Positions 53,627 to 63,536 of a stretch of DNA of 64,000 nt are shown piece by piece. This stretch comes from Candidatus Bathyarchaeia archaeon (GTDB taxonomy: Archaea; Thermoproteota; Bathyarchaeia; Bathyarchaeales; Bathycorpusculaceae). The first letter of the stretch is position 1. Each line of letters starts with the position of its first letter. Location of the stretch: positions 1-64,000 of the forward strand of contig JBEKOM010000010.1 of assembly GCA_049521795.1 (NCBI GenBank). Reading direction: 5' to 3'. Both the position numbers and the translations under genes were made by a program. Below the pieces are notes generated by a model. The model was not told where the DNA came from. It ran no database searches and saw only the letters and a program-made list of their open reading frames with translations.

Positions 53627-55234
53627 TTAATTCTCCAACGTTTTTGACATGTAAACCCCATCGTAATCGTAACCGAACCGCTTGTAGTATTGTTTTGTAC
53701 CGAGGGCACTTATAACTAGAATCTTCTTAAAACCATACTCTTCCAGGGTTATGCGTTCCGCTTGGGCGAGCAGAATGCCTCCGTAACCCTTATGCTGCCA
53801 GTCTTTTGCAGAGTGTTTGCCAACGGGAACAAGTGAACCGTAAACATGCAGTTCCCGCACTATTGTGCACTTTGTGGCTTTCACTTCTGGCCGATGCGCC
53901 TTTTCAGAGGGAACTCTAAGTCTCAGATAGCCGATAAGGGCGTCGTTTTCAGGGTCTTCTGCGGATATGAAGATTTCTTGGCCTTCTGAGGCCTCGTATC
54001 GCATGGTTAGAGTTTGGATTTTTTCTGGGTCAACCTCTATGTTATCGCTTCTCATTCTGTGGCCGACTTCTCTGCAGCGTATACACCTGCATCTAAAGCC
54101 TTTTTCTTGAACCTTCTTCTGTACTAGTTGGCGGAGGTTGCTTTTGTTGACGCCTGCAACTATCAGAGGCGCAGGGATATCGCGTTGGACTCGCATCACT
54201 CGTATCCATGGCGGTATGATTCTTTTGACTTCTGCGATGAGATCTACTGCTTCCTCGTTTGTGTAGGGTGTGTACGTGCCCTGACGGTACCAGTCATAGG
54301 CTTTTGTGGCTTTCAAAACTAGGCACGGATAGATTTTGACCATATCTGGTTTGAATTTCGGGTTGGTGAAAATTGTCTTGAAGGCTTCAAGGTCTCCTTC
54401 TCTGTTCGTGCCGGGAAGCCCGGGCATCATGTGGTAGACGACTTTCAGCCCAGCGTCTTTCATTATTCGTGTTGCCTCAACAACATCTGCGAGTGAATGT
54501 TTTCTACCGACGAGATGATAGATTCTGTCGCTTGGGTATTGAACGCCCATTTCCACGCGGGTTACACCCATGTTGAGCATTTGGTTCACGTGTGCTTCTT
54601 TTGCCCAATCTGGACGCGTTTCAACAGTTATTCCCACGTTGCGCATTCTGCTTGTTTCTGCGTTCTTCTTCGCCTCTTCCAGATTGGCTGAATCTTTCTG
54701 AGTTATTGCATCAAGGCAGCGTTGGATGAACCAGGTTTGGTAATCTGCTGGAGTGGCAGGAAAAGTTCCTCCCATGATTATAAGTTCTACTTTGTCGACT
54801 TTGTGTCCTATTGCTTTCAACTGTTGGATGCGCGTCTTCACTTGCAGGTAGGGATTGAACTCGTTCTGGAGTCCACGCATTGCTGCGGGTTCAAAGCCTG
54901 TGTAGCTCTGGGGAACTCCTTGTTTTGGTCCTCCTGGACAGTATGCGCAGGGCTCATCTTGTGGGCATGGGTATGGCTTAGTCATTGCGGCCAAGACTGT
55001 GACGCCTGATAATGTCCGGGTTGTCTTTCTTCGTAGCAGTGGGAGAAGTTTGCGTTTTTCTCCCTGCTTGAGCATGCTTATTACTTCCGAGTTTGAGGGT
55101 ATCCTTTGGAGTCCGTACTTGGAAGCCGCCTTTGCCTTCGTGCGGTCCAGATCGCTGGAGCTAGGTGCCGGAATGCGCATGAGATTTTTGATTATTTCTT
55201 CTATTGGCTTGTCCTCGTTCAACGTGAAGGCCAC
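53627..55234 (-). CDS. elp3: tRNA uridine(34) acetyltransferase Elp3
   Basis: RTLSGV; CP...CAYCPGG; GITVETRPD; RELHVYG; QHKGYG. Confidence 0.95.
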   Translation of the reverse strand: MAFTLNEDKPIEEIIKNLMRIPAPSSSDLDRTKAKAASKYGLQRIPSNSEVISMLKQGEKRKLLPLLRRKTTRTLSGVTVLAAMTKPYPCPQDEPCAYCPGGPKQGVPQSYTGFEPAAMRGLQNEFNPYLQVKTRIQQLKAIGHKVDKVELIIMGGTFPATPADYQTWFIQRCLDAITQKDSANLEEAKKNAETSRMRNVGITVETRPDWAKEAHVNQMLNMGVTRVEMGVQYPSDRIYHLVGRKHSLADVVEATRIMKDAGLKVVYHMMPGLPGTNREGDLEAFKTIFTNPKFKPDMVKIYPCLVLKATKAYDWYRQGTYTPYTNEEAVDLIAEVKRIIPPWIRVMRVQRDIPAPLIVAGVNKSNLRQLVQKKVQEKGFRCRCIRCREVGHRMRSDNIEVDPEKIQTLTMRYEASEGQEIFISAEDPENDALIGYLRLRVPSEKAHRPEVKATKCTIVRELHVYGSLVPVGKHSAKDWQHKGYGGILLAQAERITLEEYGFKKILVISALGTKQYYKRFGYDYDGVYMSKTLEN

Positions 55235-55280
55235 CGTAGTGGGTTAATTTGAAACACGCAAATAAACCGAGCTTCCAACT

Positions 55281-56849
55281 TCACCGTTTAGAGTAGACGA
55301 TCTTTCCATCAACGATGACCATTTCCACCCCTACATCGCGTATCTTCTCGGGCGGAATCTTCGTAAGATCGTGCGACAATACCGTGAGGTCTGCATGTTT
55401 TCCAGCTTCAATCGTCCCCTTCTTCTTCTCATCGAAGGAGGCATAAGCCGCGTTCACAGTGTACGTTTTCAAAGCCTCCTCGACGTTGAGTCTTTCTTCA
55501 GTATTGTCATTCCTTACCACGGCTGCCCATATGCCAAACAGGGGACTGATCTGTTCAATTGGGCAATCTGAACCAGAGGCAACTGTCACTCCTTCGTCTA
55601 GAAGTGTTTTGAATGGGTAAGCCCAGCGTGCTCTTTCGCGGCCGACACGGTCGAAGATCCAGAAGTCAGAAGCGACGAAGTGAGGTTGCACCGAGGCCAC
55701 TAGGCTCAAGCGCTTCATTCGGGTGATGAGTTCCGGGTTCAAAATGGAACAGTGTTCGATTCTATGTCTGTGATTCTGTCTTGGCAACTTTTTCAGGGCT
55801 TGTTCAAAGGCTTTCAGAACGTTTTCCATTGCTCGGTCGCCTATGGCGTGAACGCCGAGCTGCAGCTCGCCACTGTGAGCTTTCAAAATGACTTGACAGA
55901 GCTCTTTTTGCGTGTAGAGCATCATCCCCCGCTTTTCAGGATCATCAGAATAAGGTTTTTTCAGTGCAGCCGTATGGGCTCCGAGGGAACCGTCGGCTAA
56001 GACTTTGATGAAGCCCATTCTTATCATGTCGTTTCCAAAGGTCGGAAGCAATCCTAGGCTGAGAGTTTCATCCAAGAGCTTCACGGGTACGCCTATGTAA
56101 ACTCTCAACGGGAGCCTGCCCTCGGAGTACAGCCTTTGCAAGACGCGCATTTCTTCAGCGGACCTTACAAGCCAATGGACTCCGGTAAGCCCAGCCTCCA
56201 CGGCTTTCCTGCAGGCCAGAAGGCATGCTTTCTTAAGCTCTTCCCTGCTTGGTTTTGGGACTACTTTCCAAACAAGACTCATGGCGTTTCCTCGAAGGAT
56301 GCCGTTGGGTTGACCGGTGGCTTCTTCCAGATCTATCTTTCCTCCTTTGACTGTCGTTTCTTTTGTTATCCCAGCAAGTTGCAAGGTTTTGGTGTTGGCG
56401 ATACTTAAGCATCCGCAGACACGGCTCAGGAAGACAGGTTTGTCTGTGACCACAGCGTCCAGGTCAATGCGGGTTGGATACCGTTTTTCTGCAAGTTTCT
56501 CTTGGTCCCAACGTCCTCCGAGAATCCAGTCTAGTTCCGGGTTCTTATCCATGTGTTCGCGCAGCTTTTCTTGGATCTCCCGTATCGACTTTGTTTGTCT
56601 CAGGTCGAGGTTCTGCAGAGAAAGGCCAAATTCTAGCATATGCGCGTGGCAGTCAACCAGTCCTGGAATAATCGTCCTGTTCTTGCACTCGATAACCTTT
56701 TTGTTTTTGCGCGCGTGTTTGTGGATTTCCTGGTTAGAACCTACGGCAGTTATCTTGCCGTCTTGGATGGCAATTGCTTGGGCCCTAGGCTGCTTAGGAT
56801 TTAGCGTCACCACATTGGCATCAAGAAGTATGAAGTTGGATTTTGACAT
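55281..56849 (-). CDS. Amidohydrolase (YtcJ-like)
   Basis: PGLVDCHAH; DGSLGAHTA; HAIGD; RIEH; GSDCP. Confidence 0.92.
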   Translation of the reverse strand: MSKSNFILLDANVVTLNPKQPRAQAIAIQDGKITAVGSNQEIHKHARKNKKVIECKNRTIIPGLVDCHAHMLEFGLSLQNLDLRQTKSIREIQEKLREHMDKNPELDWILGGRWDQEKLAEKRYPTRIDLDAVVTDKPVFLSRVCGCLSIANTKTLQLAGITKETTVKGGKIDLEEATGQPNGILRGNAMSLVWKVVPKPSREELKKACLLACRKAVEAGLTGVHWLVRSAEEMRVLQRLYSEGRLPLRVYIGVPVKLLDETLSLGLLPTFGNDMIRMGFIKVLADGSLGAHTAALKKPYSDDPEKRGMMLYTQKELCQVILKAHSGELQLGVHAIGDRAMENVLKAFEQALKKLPRQNHRHRIEHCSILNPELITRMKRLSLVASVQPHFVASDFWIFDRVGRERARWAYPFKTLLDEGVTVASGSDCPIEQISPLFGIWAAVVRNDNTEERLNVEEALKTYTVNAAYASFDEKKKGTIEAGKHADLTVLSHDLTKIPPEKIRDVGVEMVIVDGKIVYSKR

Positions 56850-56882
56850 ACTAGAGGAATATTGAGGGGAAAAATAAAAACC

Positions 56883-57044
56883 TTAAACCCAGTTTTGTCC
56901 AGGCTTTCTCTGAAGAATTACCCTTTTCTCGTAGTTTCGCCTGTTTCTGAACCTTGGACTTGGGCTCTTTCTGGATGTAGCCTGTATTTTCGGAGTTTGA
57001 GACCTGACTTTTCCGGCTTTAGAAAGCGAACCGTGAGTAGGCAT
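56883..57044 (-). CDS. rps30e: Ribosomal protein eS30 (not in ORF track)
   Basis: [21 protein letters not shown]...RNRRNYEKR, 53 aa. Confidence 0.95.
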   Translation of the reverse strand: MPTHGSLSKAGKVRSQTPKIQATSRKSPSPRFRNRRNYEKRVILQRKPGQNWV

Positions 57045-57117
57045 TTATATGCACCGACTCTACGTAGAACGTAGAGTAACTCTTAAACATTTCCAGTTGT
57101 CATCCTGTTAAGATCAG

Positions 57118-57227
57118 GCGGGGGTCGCCGAGCTTGGCCAAAGGCGCAGAGTCGCCTAGTGCGACGCGGTAGCTTCAGGAGCCTGTCCTGTAGAGGTTCG
57201 TGGGTTCAAATCCCACCCCCCGCACCA
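57118..57227 (+). tRNA. tRNA-Leu(CAG) with a 22-nt intron at 29/30 (57150-57171)
   Basis: GCGGGGG/CCCCCGC-A-CCA; spliced anticodon arm CAGGC-TTCAGGA-GCCTG; long variable arm; BHB with AGA/TAG bulges. Confidence 0.92.
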
Positions 57228-57325
57228 GAATTTGGGCAATGGTTGAGCTTATTTTATCAAAAGAAGCTTGATTTTGGGCTTTGTTGTTGGGGGTTGAAAT
57301 TTGAACACGCGTTTACCGGTAAAAC

Positions 57326-57515
57326 CTAGCGGTCATCTATTCTAGTTGTTACTAAAGCCTGTAACACTGCAAAGTTGTAGGCTAATCCAGCAGAAGCCGC
57401 TGCCGCACCTAGTTCTGCCGCGGTTCTCGCTCCTAGTATCTTCAGAGCTGCACTTGCCAATCAGATGAATGGAAATGGCTCCCCAACCAACTTCAATTAC
57501 CGTAAGCATCGTTAA
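57326..57515 (-). pseudogene. Class II HMG-CoA reductase C-terminal remnant
   Basis: GAISIH..(frameshift)..ALKILGARTAAELGAAAASAGLAYNFAVLQALVT resembles GGAT.VHP.A..ALKILG..A.EL....AAVGLAQN.AAL.AL. Confidence 0.65.
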
Positions 57516-57618
57516 CGCGTTCGCGAGCTAATGGATGTTAATTGAAGCTACCAATCACGGCGGATTTGAGTTGAAAAGCAAGCTCGCGCTACAAGTTTTC
57601 CCCAAACCGGTTTAACCG

Positions 57619-60600
57619 TCATTTTTCTCCTCTTAGCCAACCCTTTATTCCGAGTTCTTTCACAATTATCATTACGGGTTCAGGCTCGTGTGACTTGTAC
57701 TTGCCATTTTCGTCCAGATAAAGCACGGTCGGTTTCAATGAAAACGTCCCTTGAACAGTTGGCTTAAGGACCAGTTTCACTTCTTCCGTCTTCAGGGGGT
57801 CAAGACGTTTTCCTTTCAAGTTGATGTAGCTATCCTCCACTCGACAGGTCCCGGGTTCTTCAGCCAGTTCAAACCCTTTGGGAATGATTTCGGTGACTTT
57901 GGTCAAGAGGGCAGAGCCCTTCCCGGCATTCACCAGCTCCAGCGCTATGCTGAGGTTTTCGCCGATTTTCAATTCCTTCTGCCTGATTATCAGGTTTGCT
58001 TGTATATCAGCGTGTTCAAACCTTTCTGAACCCACTGCTTCTTCGTGGGTAGGTGTAGGACTGGCAAAAGCCGTTGTCGCAGAAACGATTGAAGGGGCAT
58101 GCAACGCCTCTGTCATAGAAACGGCCAGTTCCTGTTCTTCCTTTGCCTTCTCCAACAGTTTCAGCATTTGTTCTCTCTTCTCAGGGTGTTCCGCCTTTGT
58201 ATAGGAACCAGCCGATGTTTGAAGTACTCTTTCAATCATAACGTACAGCTTGGCCTTCTTGTCTGGATCTTTTTCTTTTTCAGCGTTGTCCATGTACACG
58301 TAGGCATCGAAAAGCAGTTTTGTAGCTTTAGCGTATTCCGAAGCAGTTTGCAAGTCTGCTTTCATATAATAGTTTGAGGCGCTTGCCAGATGCTGTACAG
58401 CTATGCCATGCAATGCTTGGTCTCTCGTGTCAGCGAATCTTGTTCCTGCTTCGAGTGCTTTGCAGAATCGGCTGTGTCCCAAGACTAACATTTTTGTTTT
58501 TTCGTTTGGGCTAAACTCCTCGGCTTGCTCGAAGAGTTGCGATGCATCCACGTACAGCGTTGGAGATGACTTTGCTTCCGCCATGGTCATTTTCTGCCAA
58601 GCCCGAGAAAGCGTCGTAATGAATTTCATCTCTCTTTGTTCTTGTTCTGACTCTAACGCTTGACCCATTTTCTCGAATTGTTCCGTTGCTGAACCGTATT
58701 TTTCGGAGCTAGAGTAATGGTCGCCTTTCTTGTCGAGGATCCTTGCCTCTTCAAGTGTGATTCTGGCTCTGCAGTACTCGAGTCTCAGGTCCGTCGCTTT
58801 GATCATGCTTGTTGCCATTTGCTTTTCGTCGGCGTCTTCAATCTTGCTGAGCTCGTTTTGGATGGACTTCTCGGTTTCGTCGAAAAGCTTGACGGCTTCT
58901 TTGAAGGCTTGGATGGCCTCTTCACACTGTTCCTTTCTACTCAAGTCTTCTGCATATTCGACACTAGCCCATGCGCAATAGTTTGGAGCCAGATAACTCC
59001 ACTTTTTCAACGATCTATGCAGGTCAGCAGCTTTCTCGAAATGCTCTTTTGCCAAGCCGTATTCTTGTCTATCGTGGTGATATCTTGCTTTTTCGATTTC
59101 GCGCCACGCAGCCATGTAGCTCGAATGTTCTTGGTAGAAGTCTTTGATTTGGGTAATCCTTTCAGAGACACTTTTGTAATTATCTGACGCAAGGTCAAAG
59201 CATTCGGCAGCTTTCAAATGCTCACCCAGAGCATCATAGGCTCGAGCAGCCTTCCAGTAGCACTCAGCGATGCGGTTTTTTGCGTCAACCTTCTGATACG
59301 TTCCAGCTGCGTCAACAAAAGCTTTCGCGGCCTTTTTTAGATGTTCTTTATTGTTAGTAAGTTCATAGAGATGATTTAACCAAATGCCAAGTCTGTGTTG
59401 ATCGTATCCCAGAGCCCAAGGAGCCGCTGGGAATTGCTTTTCAAAGGCCTGCGACTCTTCAAAACAGAGATTCTCGCCGTTTTCATAGTCCATTATGGCC
59501 TCTTGGAGCATACGCTTTTTTGTCTCAGAATCTTCGGCTAAGTCGGCAAGCCCATATTTCACGACAGCAAGCCCTTCCCGCATTACACCGCAGTTCCAGA
59601 GAAGCAGAGGTTCAAGTTTCTCGGTGATTTTAACAGCTTCTTGCTTGTGTTTCAAAGCTTCTTCCAATAGCCTCTTCTTCTCTTCAGAGCTTGATTCCAA
59701 ATTAGCCAATCTTACAAGCATCGCACTCAACATATGATTCGCATGATCGATAGTGCTTGGGTTTCCAGAAGCTTCAGCTCGTTTCAGCCCTTCTGAGTAA
59801 ACTTCTTTCGCCTTCTCATATAAACTACGCTTTTCTTTCAAATCAATCTCATAGTAACCCAACATTGAATAGTAGTCGGCTTGTGTCGTCTCCACCCACA
59901 TAGCGTCCCCACGTGGACTGATGAACGAGATTGGAGCATACTGCTGCTTAGCATCTTCAGCTAACTGCAGGATTCTTTTAGAGTATTTTGAACGTTCTTC
60001 CGGATCTTCGTCAAACCTCGGCGAGGGCCGCCAGTTGCTATGATATACCAGCCAGTCGAGAGTGCATCCGATGATGAACTTGTCCTTTGTTTTTCTGCCG
60101 TGCAACAGGGCTTTGTCAAGATTCGCGAACGCTTCTTCAGTGCCGTCTCCCCACAAAAGATACTGGGCTCCAAAGATAGGATATAAGAATTCGAATAAAG
60201 TCAAGTCTTCGGAACGCTCCATTGCTTTCTGCCAATACTCTTGAACCTTTTGGAGGCCTTTTTGCCGGTCAGCTGTATCTAGAAAGTAATAGTCGAACAC
60301 ACCCAGATAGAAGGCGGTTTTCGCAAATGCCTTTGCAAGTTCGCCGCGGTCTTCGGGCTTAGAAAGAAAATTGATTGCCTGCTCTCCATGTTCCAACGCT
60401 TCTCTCATTAACTTCTTCCTAGTTTGAAAATCCCACTCGAGACAGAAACCAAAAACGATGCTGCTAGAAAGTTGGTTGTACGTTTTTCCATATTCCCAGT
60501 TTTCCCCAGCATCCAAGAAGGTCTTCAACGCTTCTTTTGTCAATCTCCAAGACTCATCGATCACCTTCTTCTTTTCATGTGCTTGTGGGGCAAGCCAATA

Positions 60601-60993
60601 GTCTATGTAAGCAATCATAGCGTTACAACGCGATGTTCTCGCCGTTTTCACGGGTCCATTCAGTTTTCCATAGAACTCGCCAGCCTTCTCATAAGCAACA
60701 GCAGATTGACGCAGCCTTTCTCTAAACTCGTCCTTGCTTTCAGCCTGAAACGCAGAACGGTAAAAAGCATATCCCAATTGCTCATGGAATTCTCCCATCT
60801 TCGAGAAATCATCTTCGGCCAGCAGATTCAGCACTCTATCATACGACTCGGCAGCTCCAACCCAGTCATACTCCTTTTCTAATTGTTCAGCTCGATGCAG
60901 AATCTCCTCCACACTGAGCGCCTCTGATAACAGCAAACCATTAGAAGGTAATAACAAGTATCTGAAAAGGCTTTTCATGAATGACATCTTCAA
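57619..60993 (-). CDS. Large TPR-like alpha-solenoid protein with a C-terminal Ig-like domain
   Basis: 1124-aa Ala/Glu/Lys-rich helical repeats (AAESY, AAECF, AKEHFEKA); beta-rich C-terminus; true start may be slightly downstream. Confidence 0.85.
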   Translation of the reverse strand: MKMSFMKSLFRYLLLPSNGLLLSEALSVEEILHRAEQLEKEYDWVGAAESYDRVLNLLAEDDFSKMGEFHEQLGYAFYRSAFQAESKDEFRERLRQSAVAYEKAGEFYGKLNGPVKTARTSRCNAMIAYIDYWLAPQAHEKKKVIDESWRLTKEALKTFLDAGENWEYGKTYNQLSSSIVFGFCLEWDFQTRKKLMREALEHGEQAINFLSKPEDRGELAKAFAKTAFYLGVFDYYFLDTADRQKGLQKVQEYWQKAMERSEDLTLFEFLYPIFGAQYLLWGDGTEEAFANLDKALLHGRKTKDKFIIGCTLDWLVYHSNWRPSPRFDEDPEERSKYSKRILQLAEDAKQQYAPISFISPRGDAMWVETTQADYYSMLGYYEIDLKEKRSLYEKAKEVYSEGLKRAEASGNPSTIDHANHMLSAMLVRLANLESSSEEKKRLLEEALKHKQEAVKITEKLEPLLLWNCGVMREGLAVVKYGLADLAEDSETKKRMLQEAIMDYENGENLCFEESQAFEKQFPAAPWALGYDQHRLGIWLNHLYELTNNKEHLKKAAKAFVDAAGTYQKVDAKNRIAECYWKAARAYDALGEHLKAAECFDLASDNYKSVSERITQIKDFYQEHSSYMAAWREIEKARYHHDRQEYGLAKEHFEKAADLHRSLKKWSYLAPNYCAWASVEYAEDLSRKEQCEEAIQAFKEAVKLFDETEKSIQNELSKIEDADEKQMATSMIKATDLRLEYCRARITLEEARILDKKGDHYSSSEKYGSATEQFEKMGQALESEQEQREMKFITTLSRAWQKMTMAEAKSSPTLYVDASQLFEQAEEFSPNEKTKMLVLGHSRFCKALEAGTRFADTRDQALHGIAVQHLASASNYYMKADLQTASEYAKATKLLFDAYVYMDNAEKEKDPDKKAKLYVMIERVLQTSAGSYTKAEHPEKREQMLKLLEKAKEEQELAVSMTEALHAPSIVSATTAFASPTPTHEEAVGSERFEHADIQANLIIRQKELKIGENLSIALELVNAGKGSALLTKVTEIIPKGFELAEEPGTCRVEDSYINLKGKRLDPLKTEEVKLVLKPTVQGTFSLKPTVLYLDENGKYKSHEPEPVMIIVKELGIKGWLRGEK

Positions 60994-61220
60994 CGATTAC
61001 AAGCATATGCAAAGCATATTTTGCCGGTAAAGTCGGGTGGGGGTCCCACCCCCCGCACCATCTTCGAACCATTGGATTCGCTCAAATTTCGCTCGTTTTA
61101 GACGTAGGACAGTAGAAAATCGGCTTCAAATTGTGGGCAGCTTTTGATTTCACTTGAGCGTTTAGAACTGTCAACCTTGAGAAAGCCGATTTGGGGAAAG
61201 CATCTGCAAGAAAACCTGAA

Positions 61221-61520
61221 ATTAATAGGTTGAAGAGCCTCTGGATACTTGTCTTTCTTCACGCTGTGACAAGATATGCATGTTCATTGTCCATTCTCCA
61301 CTGCGGTTTTTCCCCTAGATTTTGAGGTTTAACATGATCTGGTGCTCCTTTACTAAGTGGAGTCTGTTTTCCACAGATTATGCATTCTGCCTCTTGCTTG
61401 CTTTATTGTCGTGCTTCCTTGTATGCCCTAGTATAGATAGCAAGCTTCTGTTCCAATCGAACTCTCTCTTCGGGTCTTGGGGTTCGATCATGGGCTCATA
61501 CTCTAAATTCCATTTGATTT
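61221..61520 (-). pseudogene. HNH endonuclease remnant
   Basis: DPKREFD / EQKLAIYTR / CIICG / DHVKP / GKTAVENGQ*TCISCH..K with frameshifts and stops. Confidence 0.75.
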
Positions 61521-61692
61521 AAGATGACCATTCGATCTCCTATGCTTCTTGTTGTGCCGCTCGCTATCGCTACAACTGTCAGTTCCTTTTATAACTCTCA
61601 TCACCCAGCATGATGCTGTTTGATGCGGGGTAATTGATATATAATGGGCTTGACCCAGTTAGAAGCGAAGTTAGTATGACTAGCGCGCGCGC

Positions 61693-62122
61693 CTTCTTTC
61701 GTGGAAGGTGCATATAGCTCTCGTGCGCGCTCGGCTTGAACCGTTCTTGGGATATTTACATAGTCTAGCATGGGGTAAGCCTTCTCTGGTTTGTGATTTT
61801 CAAGAGCTCTATCGCTATTTGATGGATGACTACGTTATCCAGTACGCTAGAGGTCTGAAGACTAGAGATTTTACGTTGAAGACAGAAGACTTTTCCCAGT
61901 AAGAAGAAAGGCAAGAGAGAATACCTCAACGATTCACTGACGCACAGTCTAATCAAAAGCTTGAATGAATACTTCCAGAGCAAGGTAGGGATTCCAAGAA
62001 TTAGGATGGGAAAGGAACAGGAAATTGAGACGTTAATCAATGAAGAAGCTTTGCTGTTGGCTATGTATCTCAGGAATGAAAAACAAACATGGACTCCGAG
62101 AATAGCTAACTTAGTCGATTAG
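61693..62122 (+). pseudogene. cas1: Solo Cas1 (casposase-like) C-terminal remnant
   Basis: WKVHIAL..ARLEPFLGYLHS...KPSLVCDFQELYR (catalytic His and Asp/Glu region); after a frameshift near 61896, GKREYL...QEIETLINEEALLLAMYLR...WTPRI; 5' part missing; no array or cas2. Confidence 0.8.
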
Positions 62123-62162
62123 AGATGAAGCGACATCTTCAACGTTCCCGACTGTTTCAAGC

Positions 62163-62753
62163 CTAGGAATGCAAAAATAGACCTGACCAAACGCCCAACA
62201 ATATCGAGGCAATGGACAGTAAGATGAAGTATGTTAATGCGAAACGTCGGTTGGTGACTAAGGAGTAAAATCGCATATGCCATTCTTTACTTGCTCTCTT
62301 TTTTTCTTTGAAATACCAGTATGTACTGGAGGATAATCTGTCTATATCAGTGGCAACTAATGGCACCTTAGGTATATCTGATTTGGATAGCGCGGAGTTT
62401 CTTTCACTGTACAAGTTCGTTAGAGTTTTTTTCAAGTCGTCTTCTATTGGTTTGAGGTCAAACATGCCCACAATAAGAATTGCCGTTGTCAATTCTCCCC
62501 AATAGACTAGTCTGCTCGTTTGCCGTATCACCAAATATGCGATGACTCCGAGACTCGATATCAAAAATACAATTCTCAACCATTCTGGAACAAAGCTGAA
62601 AGCATTGTATGTTTGAACATCGGCAAAAAAGGCGACAGCAAGACCGAGAAGTATTGTCGTTTCGTTTGTAGACTTGGAGGAATAATGTGCAAGGAGAGAA
62701 TTTCTAGCATCCGCTGCAAGGTTAGGATCATCGACTTCATTTTGGGTTTTCAC
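62163..62753 (-). CDS. Hypothetical membrane protein
   Basis: 196 aa; 3-4 hydrophobic segments; AT-rich. Confidence 0.7.
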   Translation of the reverse strand: MKTQNEVDDPNLAADARNSLLAHYSSKSTNETTILLGLAVAFFADVQTYNAFSFVPEWLRIVFLISSLGVIAYLVIRQTSRLVYWGELTTAILIVGMFDLKPIEDDLKKTLTNLYSERNSALSKSDIPKVPLVATDIDRLSSSTYWYFKEKKRASKEWHMRFYSLVTNRRFALTYFILLSIASILLGVWSGLFLHS

Positions 62754-62816
62754 GGATTTCTTAGCCCTCTCAATAATCTCCGAACGCGCACTATTTGAAT
62801 GCGTCGTAATTTGCCA

Positions 62817-63353
62817 TCAAGTTATACTTATCTTAAATGCTATTGCCTTGAATTGGTCTATAGCCTTCTTGAGACGGTCCTTGTCTACAGACGGGAGAGG
62901 TTTTATACCATCTCCTGAATCTGTAAAGTCACAATAGAATATTCCTAATCGCGCTTCAAAATCTGCAATCACACGGATTTTCTCAAACCCGTTTCCGAAT
63001 CCATCCCCAAAACCAGCTTCGTAAAGTCTCATGCATTCTTTCGGAAGATGCTCAATTGCAATACGGAATTTTTCTGTGTGATTCCTGAATTCATCCTTGT
63101 ATTTTACTTGGATCTTTCCACTAGATGGACTATAGTTCTCTAATAGTAGAAGTTTCCCATACTCTTCAACCGCAAAAGTATAAAGCCCTGCACATATTGC
63201 TTCATTACCCCCATTATTCAAGAGTCTATCTACAGATTCCAGCAATTTGATTATTCCTTGAAGTGTCTCTTGCATCATTTCTTTCCACAGTTTTTCATTA
63301 ATCTCCAGAATCTTGACCCATCTTCCTTTCTTATCCTTCAACATGTAAGACAT
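62817..63353 (-). CDS. AbiV-family (HEPN-like) abortive infection protein
   Basis: LYTFAVEEYGK; FRNHTEK; R...FYCD. Confidence 0.75.
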   Translation of the reverse strand: MSYMLKDKKGRWVKILEINEKLWKEMMQETLQGIIKLLESVDRLLNNGGNEAICAGLYTFAVEEYGKLLLLENYSPSSGKIQVKYKDEFRNHTEKFRIAIEHLPKECMRLYEAGFGDGFGNGFEKIRVIADFEARLGIFYCDFTDSGDGIKPLPSVDKDRLKKAIDQFKAIAFKISIT

Positions 63354-63536
63354 CTCATTTTCTCTTTACTCATTTTTGAACCCCTAGTTTGTCTTCTGTT
63401 GCCGTGCAGATAGATATATGCGCCGTCGTTCGTCGTCTTCACAAGTTTGGGTTTGGGGTTTGGGGGTAAAGTTTTATCCCACACACACATAACAAACGCC
63501 CGCGTGCGCGCTAGTTTGTAGGGGCGCGCAGGTAGT

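Larger units (their letters stand above)
57228..61060. mobile_element. Integrase-free island bounded by a 17-bp tRNA-Leu 3'-end direct repeat
   Basis: TCCCACCCCCCGCACCA at 57211-57227 and at 61044-61060. Confidence 0.7.

Noticed and set aside
56862-57074. 70-aa plus-strand ORF
   Set aside because: Antisense shadow of rps30e.
63449-63466. G-quadruplex
   Set aside because: Only three G-runs are present.
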